Shown: piece after piece, positions 10,473-17,719 of the stretch
How the letters are laid out: each line of letters begins with the position of its first letter
How positions within the stretch are numbered: position 1 is the first letter of the stretch
Assembly: GCA_051117555.1 (NCBI GenBank)
Contig: JBNPEG010000182.1
Span: 1,648-20,571 of the forward strand
Direction: 5' to 3'
DNA: 18,924 bases
DNA from: Elainellaceae cyanobacterium
Lineage (GTDB): Bacteria > Cyanobacteriota > Cyanobacteriia > CAZCXK01
The notes under the pieces: model-generated
Databases searched by the model: none
What the model saw: only the letters and a program-made list of their open reading frames with translations
What the model was told of the DNA's origin: nothing
Position numbers and translations under genes: made by a program

Positions 10473-11753
10473 CTAAAGAATGCCAATAATCAGACCTAAA
10501 ATGGCTCCAGCAGGAACTAACTGCCATGTGGGAGTCTTGTAGCGCAGGAGAGCACCTAGAGCTGCGATGCCGATGGCGATCGCCCCTAGAGACATCGGCC
10601 AGGTCTCTTGTAGAAATGCAGACTGGGCAATGGGAATTAATGCAGCGGCGATCGCCCCCAATACACCGGGCATAACGCCTCGGAGAAAGCCTTTAATCCA
10701 CGGATTTTGTCGCAGCTTGAGCAGCAGCGGTGATGCCAGCATGATGAACGCAAACGACGGCAAGAAAATGGCGATCGCCGATACGAGTGCGCCCAGACAG
10801 CCCGCCACCTTGTAGCCAATAAACGCAGAGGTTAACACCACCGGCCCTGGGCTCAACTGCCCAATCGCGACGCCGTTGATAAATTCGCTGCGAGTTAGCC
10901 AATTTAGCGTATCGACCACTTCAAACTCAAGCAGCGGAATGATGACCAGCCCGCCGCCAAAGATAAACGCACCCACCTTGATAAAAAAGGTCGTGAGCGG
11001 CACAAAGTAGTCTTGAATACGCTCCCATCCCCAAAAGCTTGATAGCGAAAGTACATCCGCCGTCGCAGTCCCTAACACGGTGGGTACGATCGATAACGAT
11101 GGCAAGATCGGCAACAGCCAACCGTTAGCTCGATTTGAAGGGGGAGTTAGCGCATAGGGGCCTCGGGGGCCATAGAGCCAAAGCCCGATTAGCCCTGCGA
11201 TGATGAACTGAAGCAAGACGCTGATGGGAGAGATTAGGGTCAAGACAAAGACGGCGATCGCAATCAGAGCATGATGCCACTGTTGAATGGCTTTCTTGCC
11301 CAGTTTCCAGCAAAACCCTAAAACAATAGCGACAACCACAGGCGATACGCCAAAAAACAAGGCTTCGACCTGAGGAAGCCCTTGATACCGAAAATATGCC
11401 CACGACAACGCCACTACGATGAGAAACGCCGGAGCAATAAAGGATAACCCGGCTACTAATGCTCCGAGTTGACCGGCTCTGACATAGCCAATGTAAATCC
11501 CCATTTGAGTGGAGGCAGGACCGGGCAACATTTCGCACACCGCTAAGCCATCGGTAAATTCATCTTGGGTCATCCACTGGCGACGCACGACCGCTTCGTC
11601 GTTTTCCATCGCAATGTGAGCCTGCGGGCCCCCAAAACCAATGATGCCAAGCTTCAAAAAAACCTGAGCGAGTTCTTGCAGCCGAGTTGCTAAGCCGACA
11701 GACTCACTCGAAGATGCGTCTGTTGGATTAGGTTCATTAATCTCTTGGGTCAT
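10473..11753 (-). CDS. chrA: Chromate efflux (CHR family) transporter, long-chain form
   Basis: Two repeated CHR domains: FLKLGIIGFGG...LPGP and FIKVGAFIFGGG...LSPGP. Confidence 0.93.
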   Translation of the reverse strand: MTQEINEPNPTDASSSESVGLATRLQELAQVFLKLGIIGFGGPQAHIAMENDEAVVRRQWMTQDEFTDGLAVCEMLPGPASTQMGIYIGYVRAGQLGALVAGLSFIAPAFLIVVALSWAYFRYQGLPQVEALFFGVSPVVVAIVLGFCWKLGKKAIQQWHHALIAIAVFVLTLISPISVLLQFIIAGLIGLWLYGPRGPYALTPPSNRANGWLLPILPSLSIVPTVLGTATADVLSLSSFWGWERIQDYFVPLTTFFIKVGAFIFGGGLVIIPLLEFEVVDTLNWLTRSEFINGVAIGQLSPGPVVLTSAFIGYKVAGCLGALVSAIAIFLPSFAFIMLASPLLLKLRQNPWIKGFLRGVMPGVLGAIAAALIPIAQSAFLQETWPMSLGAIAIGIAALGALLRYKTPTWQLVPAGAILGLIIGIL

Positions 11754-11919
11754 GGGCTCCCCTTGACATCCTCTTAATATATGGCTCGATGGGCGACTGA
11801 GTGGCGATCGCTCTCAATACTGGCTAGATCTGGGCTAGCTTGCGATGAAAGCCACTCCGTAATGTAACAATCGTAAATTAAGATTTTTTTAAGAATTAAC
11901 TGAAGAGTAAGGTGAATGC

Positions 11920-12039
11920 GAGACTGTACAGTCTCCCACCAGCGCCGTAGGGTGCTGGTGGCGCCAGAGTAACGCACCACTTATACCAATTCTCGATTTT
12001 GGATTTGCGATTTTGGATTGACGGCCACCAGCGCCGTAG
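11920..12039. repeat. Cluster of short palindromes and heptamer tandem repeats
   Basis: Perfect palindrome gagactgtacagtctc (11920-11935) and hairpin ccaccagc..gctggtgg (11936-11961). GATTTTG-type heptamers at ~11994-12020. Direct repeat ccaccagcgccgtag at 11936 and 12025. Confidence 0.75.
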
Positions 12040-12060
12040 TGTTTTGACACGCCTAAAATA

Positions 12061-12160
12061 GTAGGTTGGGTTAGCGATAGCGAAACCCAACGAAAGGGTT
12101 TCTGCTGTTGGGTTTTCTCCTTTGGAGACGCTACGCGAACGTAACCTCAACCCAACCTGC
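12061..12160. repeat. Inverted pair of GTAG-type REPs (REPIN-like), right REP interrupted by a 24-nt insert
   Basis: GTAGGTTGGGTTAGCGATAGCGAAACCCAAC (12061-12091) and inverted GTTGGGTTT[24 nt]CGTAACCTCAACCCAACCTGC (12107-12160). Confidence 0.8.
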
Positions 12161-12307
12161 TTTAATCCACCAAATTAGCTGTGCCACGCCACTAGGTTGG
12201 CTGTTTACCGATCTCTGCTTATAGATCACCTCAGATGCGCTAGGAATTAGAGTAGGCATTAGGTAGGATCAATGTTCTAAGCATTCCATTCATATTCACC
12301 AGATTTC

Positions 12308-13087
12308 ATGCTCCCAAAAGATGATTTGTTAAAAGGAATCGACAACCGAGACAGCGCCGCTCGCATCATTGACCGGGCAGAACAGGCAATCAAAACATGG
12401 GATATTATCTTCACTGATTTTCTAGCGCCGCCAGAGCTATTTGAAGCGCAACACATGTTTAGCCGGTTGACTGAGATTCACATCGCTGCCTGGGGCGGCT
12501 ACCCTCAAGCAGAACGCAAGCGACTGGCGATCGCCCGTTCCGAGTTACCCCTTGATGCCAGCCAGGTGGAGGTTGCGGTGCTTGATATTGCCGGCAATTT
12601 TCTCTTTGACCCGGCTACCCACCGAGACTTTTTGGGTGCGATTTTGGGTACGGGTATCGTTCGAGAAAAAGTGGGCGACATCATCGTATTGGGCGAACGA
12701 GGCGCGCAGGTGATTGTCGTGCCCGATCTGGTGGAATTTTTAGAAATGAATTTGACCCAGGTGCGATCGGTGCCGGTCAAGACGCGGCACATTGACATTA
12801 ATGAGCTAAAAGTTCGAGAACCCCGGAAGAAGGAGATGACAACCGTGGAAGCGTCTCTGCGGCTCGATGCGATCGCCTCCGCCGGGTTTGGTATGTCGCG
12901 CAGCAAGATGGCAGATTTAATTTCATCGGGTGATGTCAGGGTCAACTGGAAAGACATCACGCAAGCTAGTCATTCGCTTGAGTCAGGAGACTTGGTTGCG
13001 ATTCGAGGCAAGGGGCGTTTAGAAATTGGTGAAATCGCGACGACGAAGAAGGGACGCTACCGGGTAGATCTCGTCCGGTTTATGTAA
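12308..13087 (+). CDS. Photosystem II S4-domain protein (YlmH/Sll1252 family)
   Basis: TDFLAPPE, GGYPQAER.R, HRDFLGAILGTGI.REKVGDI and S4 domain SLRLDAIASAGFGMSRSK. Confidence 0.93.
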   Translation: MLPKDDLLKGIDNRDSAARIIDRAEQAIKTWDIIFTDFLAPPELFEAQHMFSRLTEIHIAAWGGYPQAERKRLAIARSELPLDASQVEVAVLDIAGNFLFDPATHRDFLGAILGTGIVREKVGDIIVLGERGAQVIVVPDLVEFLEMNLTQVRSVPVKTRHIDINELKVREPRKKEMTTVEASLRLDAIASAGFGMSRSKMADLISSGDVRVNWKDITQASHSLESGDLVAIRGKGRLEIGEIATTKKGRYRVDLVRFM

Positions 13088-13088
13088 A

Positions 13089-13182
13089 GTAACAACCCTA
13101 TGGGCTTAGGTTTGTGTGGTGAGATCCCGCGGCGCGGGGCCACCACACGTTCAACGTCCTAACGCGAAAGCGCACGGCTATA
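13089..13182. repeat. Degenerate second copy of a ...GCTATA-terminated element with a GC-rich central hairpin
   Basis: Nested stems gtgtggtg/caccacac and cccgc/gcggg (13114-13148) with outer ttagg/cctaa. The right end is gctata and the left end gtaacaaccc resembles atagcaaccc of the 1386 element. Confidence 0.6.
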
Positions 13183-13346
13183 CCACCCAATCAATCGGGC
13201 GATAGAGGTTGATGAGGATCACAGCCTGTAGAATCTTAAAAAAGTATAAAAGGTTGCAATGCGTGGTTGCTCATTGAGACTAACTTGATGAATTTTGATT
13301 AGTTCAAGTTTGAAATGCTAGCCACTGCATGCCCGATTGATGAACT

Positions 13347-13655
13347 GTGATTTTAACTCCCATGTTTCACGTCTTCGCTGAACCGTCTCAAACCCAGTCA
13401 GATGCGATCGCCCAATCTGACTCTGAAACACTCATGTGCTACTACATCAATGCCACGTCTAAACTTCAAATCGTAAAAATTACCACCATTCCTGAATTCT
13501 ACTTCGAGCGGGTTGTGTTTCCGGGGCAACGCCTCCTTTTTGAAGCGTCACCCCATGCCAAGCTAGAAGTATTTTCGGGCAATATGGCAAGCGCGTTGCT
13601 CATCGACAAGATTCCCTGTCATCGCCTTCAGATTCAAGAGTCGCTTACCGGGTGA
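13347..13655 (+). CDS. DUF1830 domain protein
   Basis: CYYINATSKLQIVKI...YFERVVFPGQRLLFEA.P.A.LEV signature. The start may be the ATG at 13362. Confidence 0.88.
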   Translation: MILTPMFHVFAEPSQTQSDAIAQSDSETLMCYYINATSKLQIVKITTIPEFYFERVVFPGQRLLFEASPHAKLEVFSGNMASALLIDKIPCHRLQIQESLTG

Positions 13656-13919
13656 TGCCATACCGATTAAACTGAATCCCTTTGAGATGTTCTTACAGGT
13701 GGCACGCTCGACGAACGAGTCGATGTGCCCCTGCGCCGTCTTGTTGAACCACAAACGGGCAACCCGGTACAGCGGGGCGATCGCCAGGTGCTGACGGGTC
13801 ATGTCCATGGATTGAAAACCTCACATTACCAATGGGTAAAACGAAAACTGCTGACATGGGGAATCGATGCAACTGGAATCGATGCAACCAATATCTCATA
13901 TCCGCTCAATTTTTAGCTC

Positions 13920-14105
13920 TCACCACGACTTGACGAGAGGCGCAAGAAACACAAAGCATGCTATCAAAAATAGGAGGCTCCCAATTAGCCCGATAGTGTC
14001 ACCATTTTTGAACGTGGATGCGGTGAAAAAAATGGCTGAAGCAATAAAGATAACCCAGCCGAGAAGCTGGGATTTTTTCTCAAAATCCTGATGGTTCACA
14101 GGCAA
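13920..14105 (-). CDS. Small two-helix membrane protein
   Basis: 61 aa with two hydrophobic segments (GWVIFIASAIFF; GLIGSLLFLIACFVFL). Co-oriented 78 nt downstream of the FdhF/YdeP gene. Confidence 0.65.
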   Translation of the reverse strand: MPVNHQDFEKKSQLLGWVIFIASAIFFTASTFKNGDTIGLIGSLLFLIACFVFLAPLVKSW

Positions 14106-14183
14106 TAACAGGTACTAAGGGGTTCGAACGTGGACAGCGCATCTCGTCACTTGCATGCATCAGTCATACATCATGCATCGATG

Positions 14184-16415
14184 CTATCGCTTGGATTTTT
14201 CTACTTGAACTACCGCATTATAGTCAGGAACACCAACTTCGGGCGATCGCTTCCCCTTATCCAGCAGCACATTACCTTCAGGCCAGTGAATCTGCAAGTT
14301 TCCAGGTTTCACAGGTGCGATATATACCCTGCCGCTGAACTCTCCCCAATCGTTTTTGAGAACAACAGCCTCTCCTTCCTTTAACAAGAGGCGATCGGCG
14401 TCACTGGAATTCATAAACACAGCCTCTCGAAATGCGCCCGTAATGGCGTCCTTCTTCTCTTGCACCATGCTGTTAAACTGCTTTCCTCGTCGCGTCGTCA
14501 CGAGAAAATATCCATCAGGCAAGTCTTTGACCGGGGGAGAAAGAGGCGTAAAGTGCGCTTTGCCATCAGCCGTTGGAAAGTTCCAGCCAAAGCACAGATG
14601 CGACCCCCCATATTGGAACTGATCGCCTTTCTCAATAAGATGCTGAATCCCTGCATATTGCGGCACAACTTGAGCAATTTCTTGGCGCATCTCGTGAGTC
14701 GTTGCGAATGAAAGTGTTTCTGAAATATCGGGACGTACATGGCGCGCCAGTTCCATCAAGACCTCCCATTCAGGTCGAGCCTCCCCAATCCGGGGACCGG
14801 GAATTTCTGGACTGAAGATCACGCGCCGCTCTGTATTGGTTTCAGTCACGCCCCCCGGCATTTCGTAGCGCGTGGTAGCAGGGAGTAGCAGCACGGTTTC
14901 TCCGGGGTCAAGCAGCATTTGTTTAGAACAGACGATATCCATATGAACGCGGAGCGGAATCTGCTGGAGCGCTTGTTCAACATAGGCTGGATCGGGCAAC
15001 ACGTCTTGAAAATTGCCGCCTACAGCAAAGAGCATATCGAGCTTTCTTTCTGCCGCTCGATCAATCATCTCTGACGTAATCAAGCCCGTTGAGGTAGGGA
15101 CGTCAAAGCCCCACTGTTGGCTAAGCGCAGCAGCATTGTCAGGGGTGATGGCTTTTCCGCCCGGAAAGACGGTGGAATAGCATCCCATTTCTGCACCCCC
15201 TTGCACCCCCGAATGCCCGCGAATGGGCATCAAGCCGCAGCCTTCACGTCCAACGAAGCCCTTGGAAAGCGCCAAATTGACGATCGCCCTGACATTATCT
15301 TCACCACATTCATGCTGAGTAATGCCCATGCTCCACACAAATACTGCTTTGTTGGCATTACCCACTAGTTGAGCAAAGGCATACATTTCATCACGGGACG
15401 CCCCCGACAATCGTTCTAGCTCCTCCCACGATTGAGCATCGAGCGCGACTTTCAAAGACTCAAAGCCAGCCGTGTATTCGTCAATAAAGCGAGAATCTGT
15501 CCACCCCTGTTCAAGCATGTGTTTCAGAGTGCCATTGAGGAACGCCATATCGCCCCCCACATTGACCAAAAAGAAGTCTTCAGCAAACTTGGTTCCAAAC
15601 ACTGCACTCTCTGGAATAGACGGCACCCAATAACGCTCCATCCCCGGTTCTCGGTAGGTGTTGATGACGACGATCCGCGTCCCGGCCTTCTTCGCCCAGT
15701 GCAAATATTTCACGGTGACGGGCTGATTATTGGCAACGTTAGAGCCGATAAACACCAACAAATCAGTCCCAATCCAGTCTTTGTAAGAACAGGTGGTAGC
15801 CGCAGCACCGACGGTCTCTTTCAAGCCGTTGGTGCTCGGTGAATGGCAAATGCGGGCAGCATTATCGACATTGTTGGTGCCGATCGCCCGTGCTGCTTTT
15901 TGGGCGGCGTAGTAGGTTTCATTGACGGTGCCGCGACTGGTGAGATAGAACCCCAGTCGATCGGGAGTTGTCGACCGAATGCGATCGCTCATCACCTGCA
16001 TCGCTTCATCCCAACTAATGCGGTGAAAGCCCTTGTCACCCTTGTCCCGTCGCATCGGGTAGGGCAAGCGTCCCATGATGCGTAAATCAGAGGCTTTTTT
16101 GTCTGTCAGGGATGACACATCGGTTAAGATTTGAGGATCGAAGGCAGGCATTGTGTTGAGGCGCAACAGCCGCATACGCACGTTGCAGAGGTGGAGCCCG
16201 TCGAGTGTCCAATCTTTCATGCCTGTAGTGCCGAGAGAACAGCCATCACACACACCATTGTTGAGAATGTTCCAGGCATAGTTCCACTGGTCGCGATTCA
16301 CCCACACCGCTCGGACGCCTTCCCAATAGTTGTTGGGATATTGTTCACCCAGTCCGAAGGGTTTCCAACTTGCCCAGATCGATGGGTCCCAAACTTTTTT
16401 CGGCTTTTGCAGCAT
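14184..16415 (-). CDS. FdhF/YdeP (CbbBc-like) molybdopterin oxidoreductase
   Basis: 743 aa with CDGC, GRLPYPM, NNVDNAARICHSP, PIRGHSGVQG and a C-terminal molybdopterin-dinucleotide binding region TTRRGKQFNS. Confidence 0.93.
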   Translation of the reverse strand: MLQKPKKVWDPSIWASWKPFGLGEQYPNNYWEGVRAVWVNRDQWNYAWNILNNGVCDGCSLGTTGMKDWTLDGLHLCNVRMRLLRLNTMPAFDPQILTDVSSLTDKKASDLRIMGRLPYPMRRDKGDKGFHRISWDEAMQVMSDRIRSTTPDRLGFYLTSRGTVNETYYAAQKAARAIGTNNVDNAARICHSPSTNGLKETVGAAATTCSYKDWIGTDLLVFIGSNVANNQPVTVKYLHWAKKAGTRIVVINTYREPGMERYWVPSIPESAVFGTKFAEDFFLVNVGGDMAFLNGTLKHMLEQGWTDSRFIDEYTAGFESLKVALDAQSWEELERLSGASRDEMYAFAQLVGNANKAVFVWSMGITQHECGEDNVRAIVNLALSKGFVGREGCGLMPIRGHSGVQGGAEMGCYSTVFPGGKAITPDNAAALSQQWGFDVPTSTGLITSEMIDRAAERKLDMLFAVGGNFQDVLPDPAYVEQALQQIPLRVHMDIVCSKQMLLDPGETVLLLPATTRYEMPGGVTETNTERRVIFSPEIPGPRIGEARPEWEVLMELARHVRPDISETLSFATTHEMRQEIAQVVPQYAGIQHLIEKGDQFQYGGSHLCFGWNFPTADGKAHFTPLSPPVKDLPDGYFLVTTRRGKQFNSMVQEKKDAITGAFREAVFMNSSDADRLLLKEGEAVVLKNDWGEFSGRVYIAPVKPGNLQIHWPEGNVLLDKGKRSPEVGVPDYNAVVQVEKSKR

Positions 16416-16443
16416 TGCACCATCTCGTAATTACGCTTCTTAT

Positions 16444-16490
16444 AAGATACGTGGAGAGAGGCGATCGCCCCGTCTCTCTCTACGTATCTT
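16444..16490. repeat. 20-bp imperfect inverted repeat (hairpin) between the GNAT and FdhF/YdeP genes
   Basis: Arms 16444-16463 and 16471-16490 match 18/20 with a 7-nt loop. A HIP1 site spans the arm/loop junction. Confidence 0.75.
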
Positions 16491-16600
16491 CGTATTTCTT
16501 GAACATCATCCTATTACCCTAGAGGCCGAGTGGCTGGGCTGGAATGGCTGGTGGATTGCATCCACTCCACGCCAAATTTTATGGCTTTCGATAGCCCTGC

Positions 16601-17065
16601 TCAGGTATGATGTCGCTCTACCAAATAACGCGTAAACTCTACTCCCTGACGCTCGACAACCTCGGTATCATAGAGCTTGAATCCAAACTTTTTGAATAAT
16701 CCCAGACTAAACTCGCTCGCTTCGGCATACAGTCGCTGAATCCCGTTGTGGTTGGCATGATCAAGAATGACCTGCATCAGCGTTGAACCAACGCCTTGAT
16801 GGATGCGATTGCCCCGCACATACGCTGACGTGACATGCCCGCCTGACGTAATTCCCGCAAATCCTACAATCCCGGTTTCATCAACAGCCATGTAGGTAGT
16901 CGCATCTAAAATAAACTGGCGAAAATGGTGGGCATCCAACGCAGATGAAGCCCACGATTGGGTTTGGGCAGGCGTATATCGCTGGGGGGCGATCGCCACC
17001 ACAGTTTGATAGTAAAGCGTTGCCAGTTCTGGCAGATCTGACTCTTCAGCAGTGCGAATCATCAT
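16601..17065 (-). CDS. GNAT family N-acetyltransferase (YafP-like)
   Basis: YTPAQTQSWA, acetyl-CoA motif HQGVGSTL and EASEFSLGLFKKFGF. Confidence 0.92.
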   Translation of the reverse strand: MMIRTAEESDLPELATLYYQTVVAIAPQRYTPAQTQSWASSALDAHHFRQFILDATTYMAVDETGIVGFAGITSGGHVTSAYVRGNRIHQGVGSTLMQVILDHANHNGIQRLYAEASEFSLGLFKKFGFKLYDTEVVERQGVEFTRYLVERHHT

Positions 17066-17092
17066 CGTTCTAATATCGTCGAGTTGTCGAAT

Positions 17093-17283
17093 TCTCTAAG
17101 CCAGTATGGAGTCATTATCGAACAGGTTTGGCACCAAATTCCGCATCATTTTTCGTTTGTGACCTTAGATGCAGCAGTGATTATGCCCAATCATTTCCAT
17201 GGCATTATTATGATTGCTAAAGAGAGTTTGCCTATTTAACACGATCCTCACGATCTAGTTCTTAAGCAAAATTTTAAGAAGCT
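17093..17283 (+). pseudogene. Internal fragment of a second REP-associated tyrosine transposase
   Basis: Manual translation SLSQYGVIIEQVWHQIPHHFSFVTLDAAVIMPNHFHGIIMIAKESLPI*HDPHDLVLKQNFKKL aligns with the central part of ORF 17720-18289. In-frame TAA at 17237-17239. Confidence 0.9.
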
Positions 17284-17441
17284 CCCCACTGCGGCATGTC
17301 CGGCTAGTCAATCTCAGCGGTAGACAACAAGGAGCCGTTTGTCTTCGGGTGCTAGAGCTTTACGGTGATGAATTGGCAACAGGCGCGATCGTTACCGCTG
17401 AGTTAAATCGATTACGAATTCGCCCTTTCAGTGAGAGTTAA
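17284..17441 (+). pseudogene. C-terminal fragment of a DUF5615 PIN-like protein
   Basis: Manual translation PHCG(frameshift ~17297)VRLVNLSGRQQGAVCLRVLELYGDELATGAIVTAELNRLRIRPFSES*. The H.G.VRL...L..GAIV....RIR pattern is typical of DUF5615 C-termini. Confidence 0.7.
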
Positions 17442-17447
17442 AGCGCT

Positions 17448-17532
17448 ATGACGGTCCAAATTCTGCGTAAGAAATTCACGGTGGGGCAGTATCACCAGAT
17501 GATCGAGTCCGGCATTTTGACCGAGCGCGATC
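17448..17532 (+). pseudogene. 5' fragment (28 codons) of a Uma2 family endonuclease gene, read through into the REP region as a 91-aa chimeric ORF (to 17723)
   Basis: MTVQILRKKFTVGQYHQMIESGILTERD is identical in amino acids to the translation of 18312-18395. Confidence 0.92.
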
Positions 17533-17541
17533 AAGTACCCG

Positions 17542-17715
17542 GTAGGGGCAGGGTCTCCCTGCCCAGGGCAATATACCCCGCTGCCCAACCGATACCTGCC
17601 AACACTCAACCGATCATGTTGATTGATGATAAACATTCTGCATTGGGCGAGGAGATCTCGCCCCTACCCGTTGGGTTTGAAAATCCTGCATTGGGCGAGG
17701 AGACCTCGCCCCTAC
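17542..17715. repeat. Three 23-nt GTAG-family REP sequences (one forward, two inverted) upstream of the RAYT
   Basis: GTAGGGGCAGGGTCTCCCTGCCC (17542-17564, +), GGGCGAGGAGATCTCGCCCCTAC (17645-17667, -) and GGGCGAGGAGACCTCGCCCCTAC (17693-17715, -). Confidence 0.92.
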
Positions 17716-17719
17716 GGTT

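Noticed and set aside
11896..12150. 84-aa minus-strand ORF (and 11774-11980)
   Set aside because: It runs through REPs and heptamer repeats (IQNRKSKIEN is the translated repeat) and has no protein-like features.
13244..13257. GTA-N8-TGC NtcA-like site upstream of DUF1830
   Set aside because: It deviates from the GTA-N8-TAC consensus and has no supporting context.
13563..13916. Three overlapping short ORFs after DUF1830
   Set aside because: None has recognisable motifs and I cannot tell which, if any, is coding.
2582..16635. Numerous antisense or alternative-frame ORFs inside P450, cdv3, the helicase-like gene, chrA, the S4 gene and FdhF/YdeP
   Set aside because: Shadow ORFs of well-supported genes with no independent motifs.
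17638..17715. Possible mini CRISPR array (30-nt palindromic repeats)
   Set aside because: Only two direct copies with an 18-nt spacer and no cas genes. The repeats are inverted GTAG REPs beside a RAYT.
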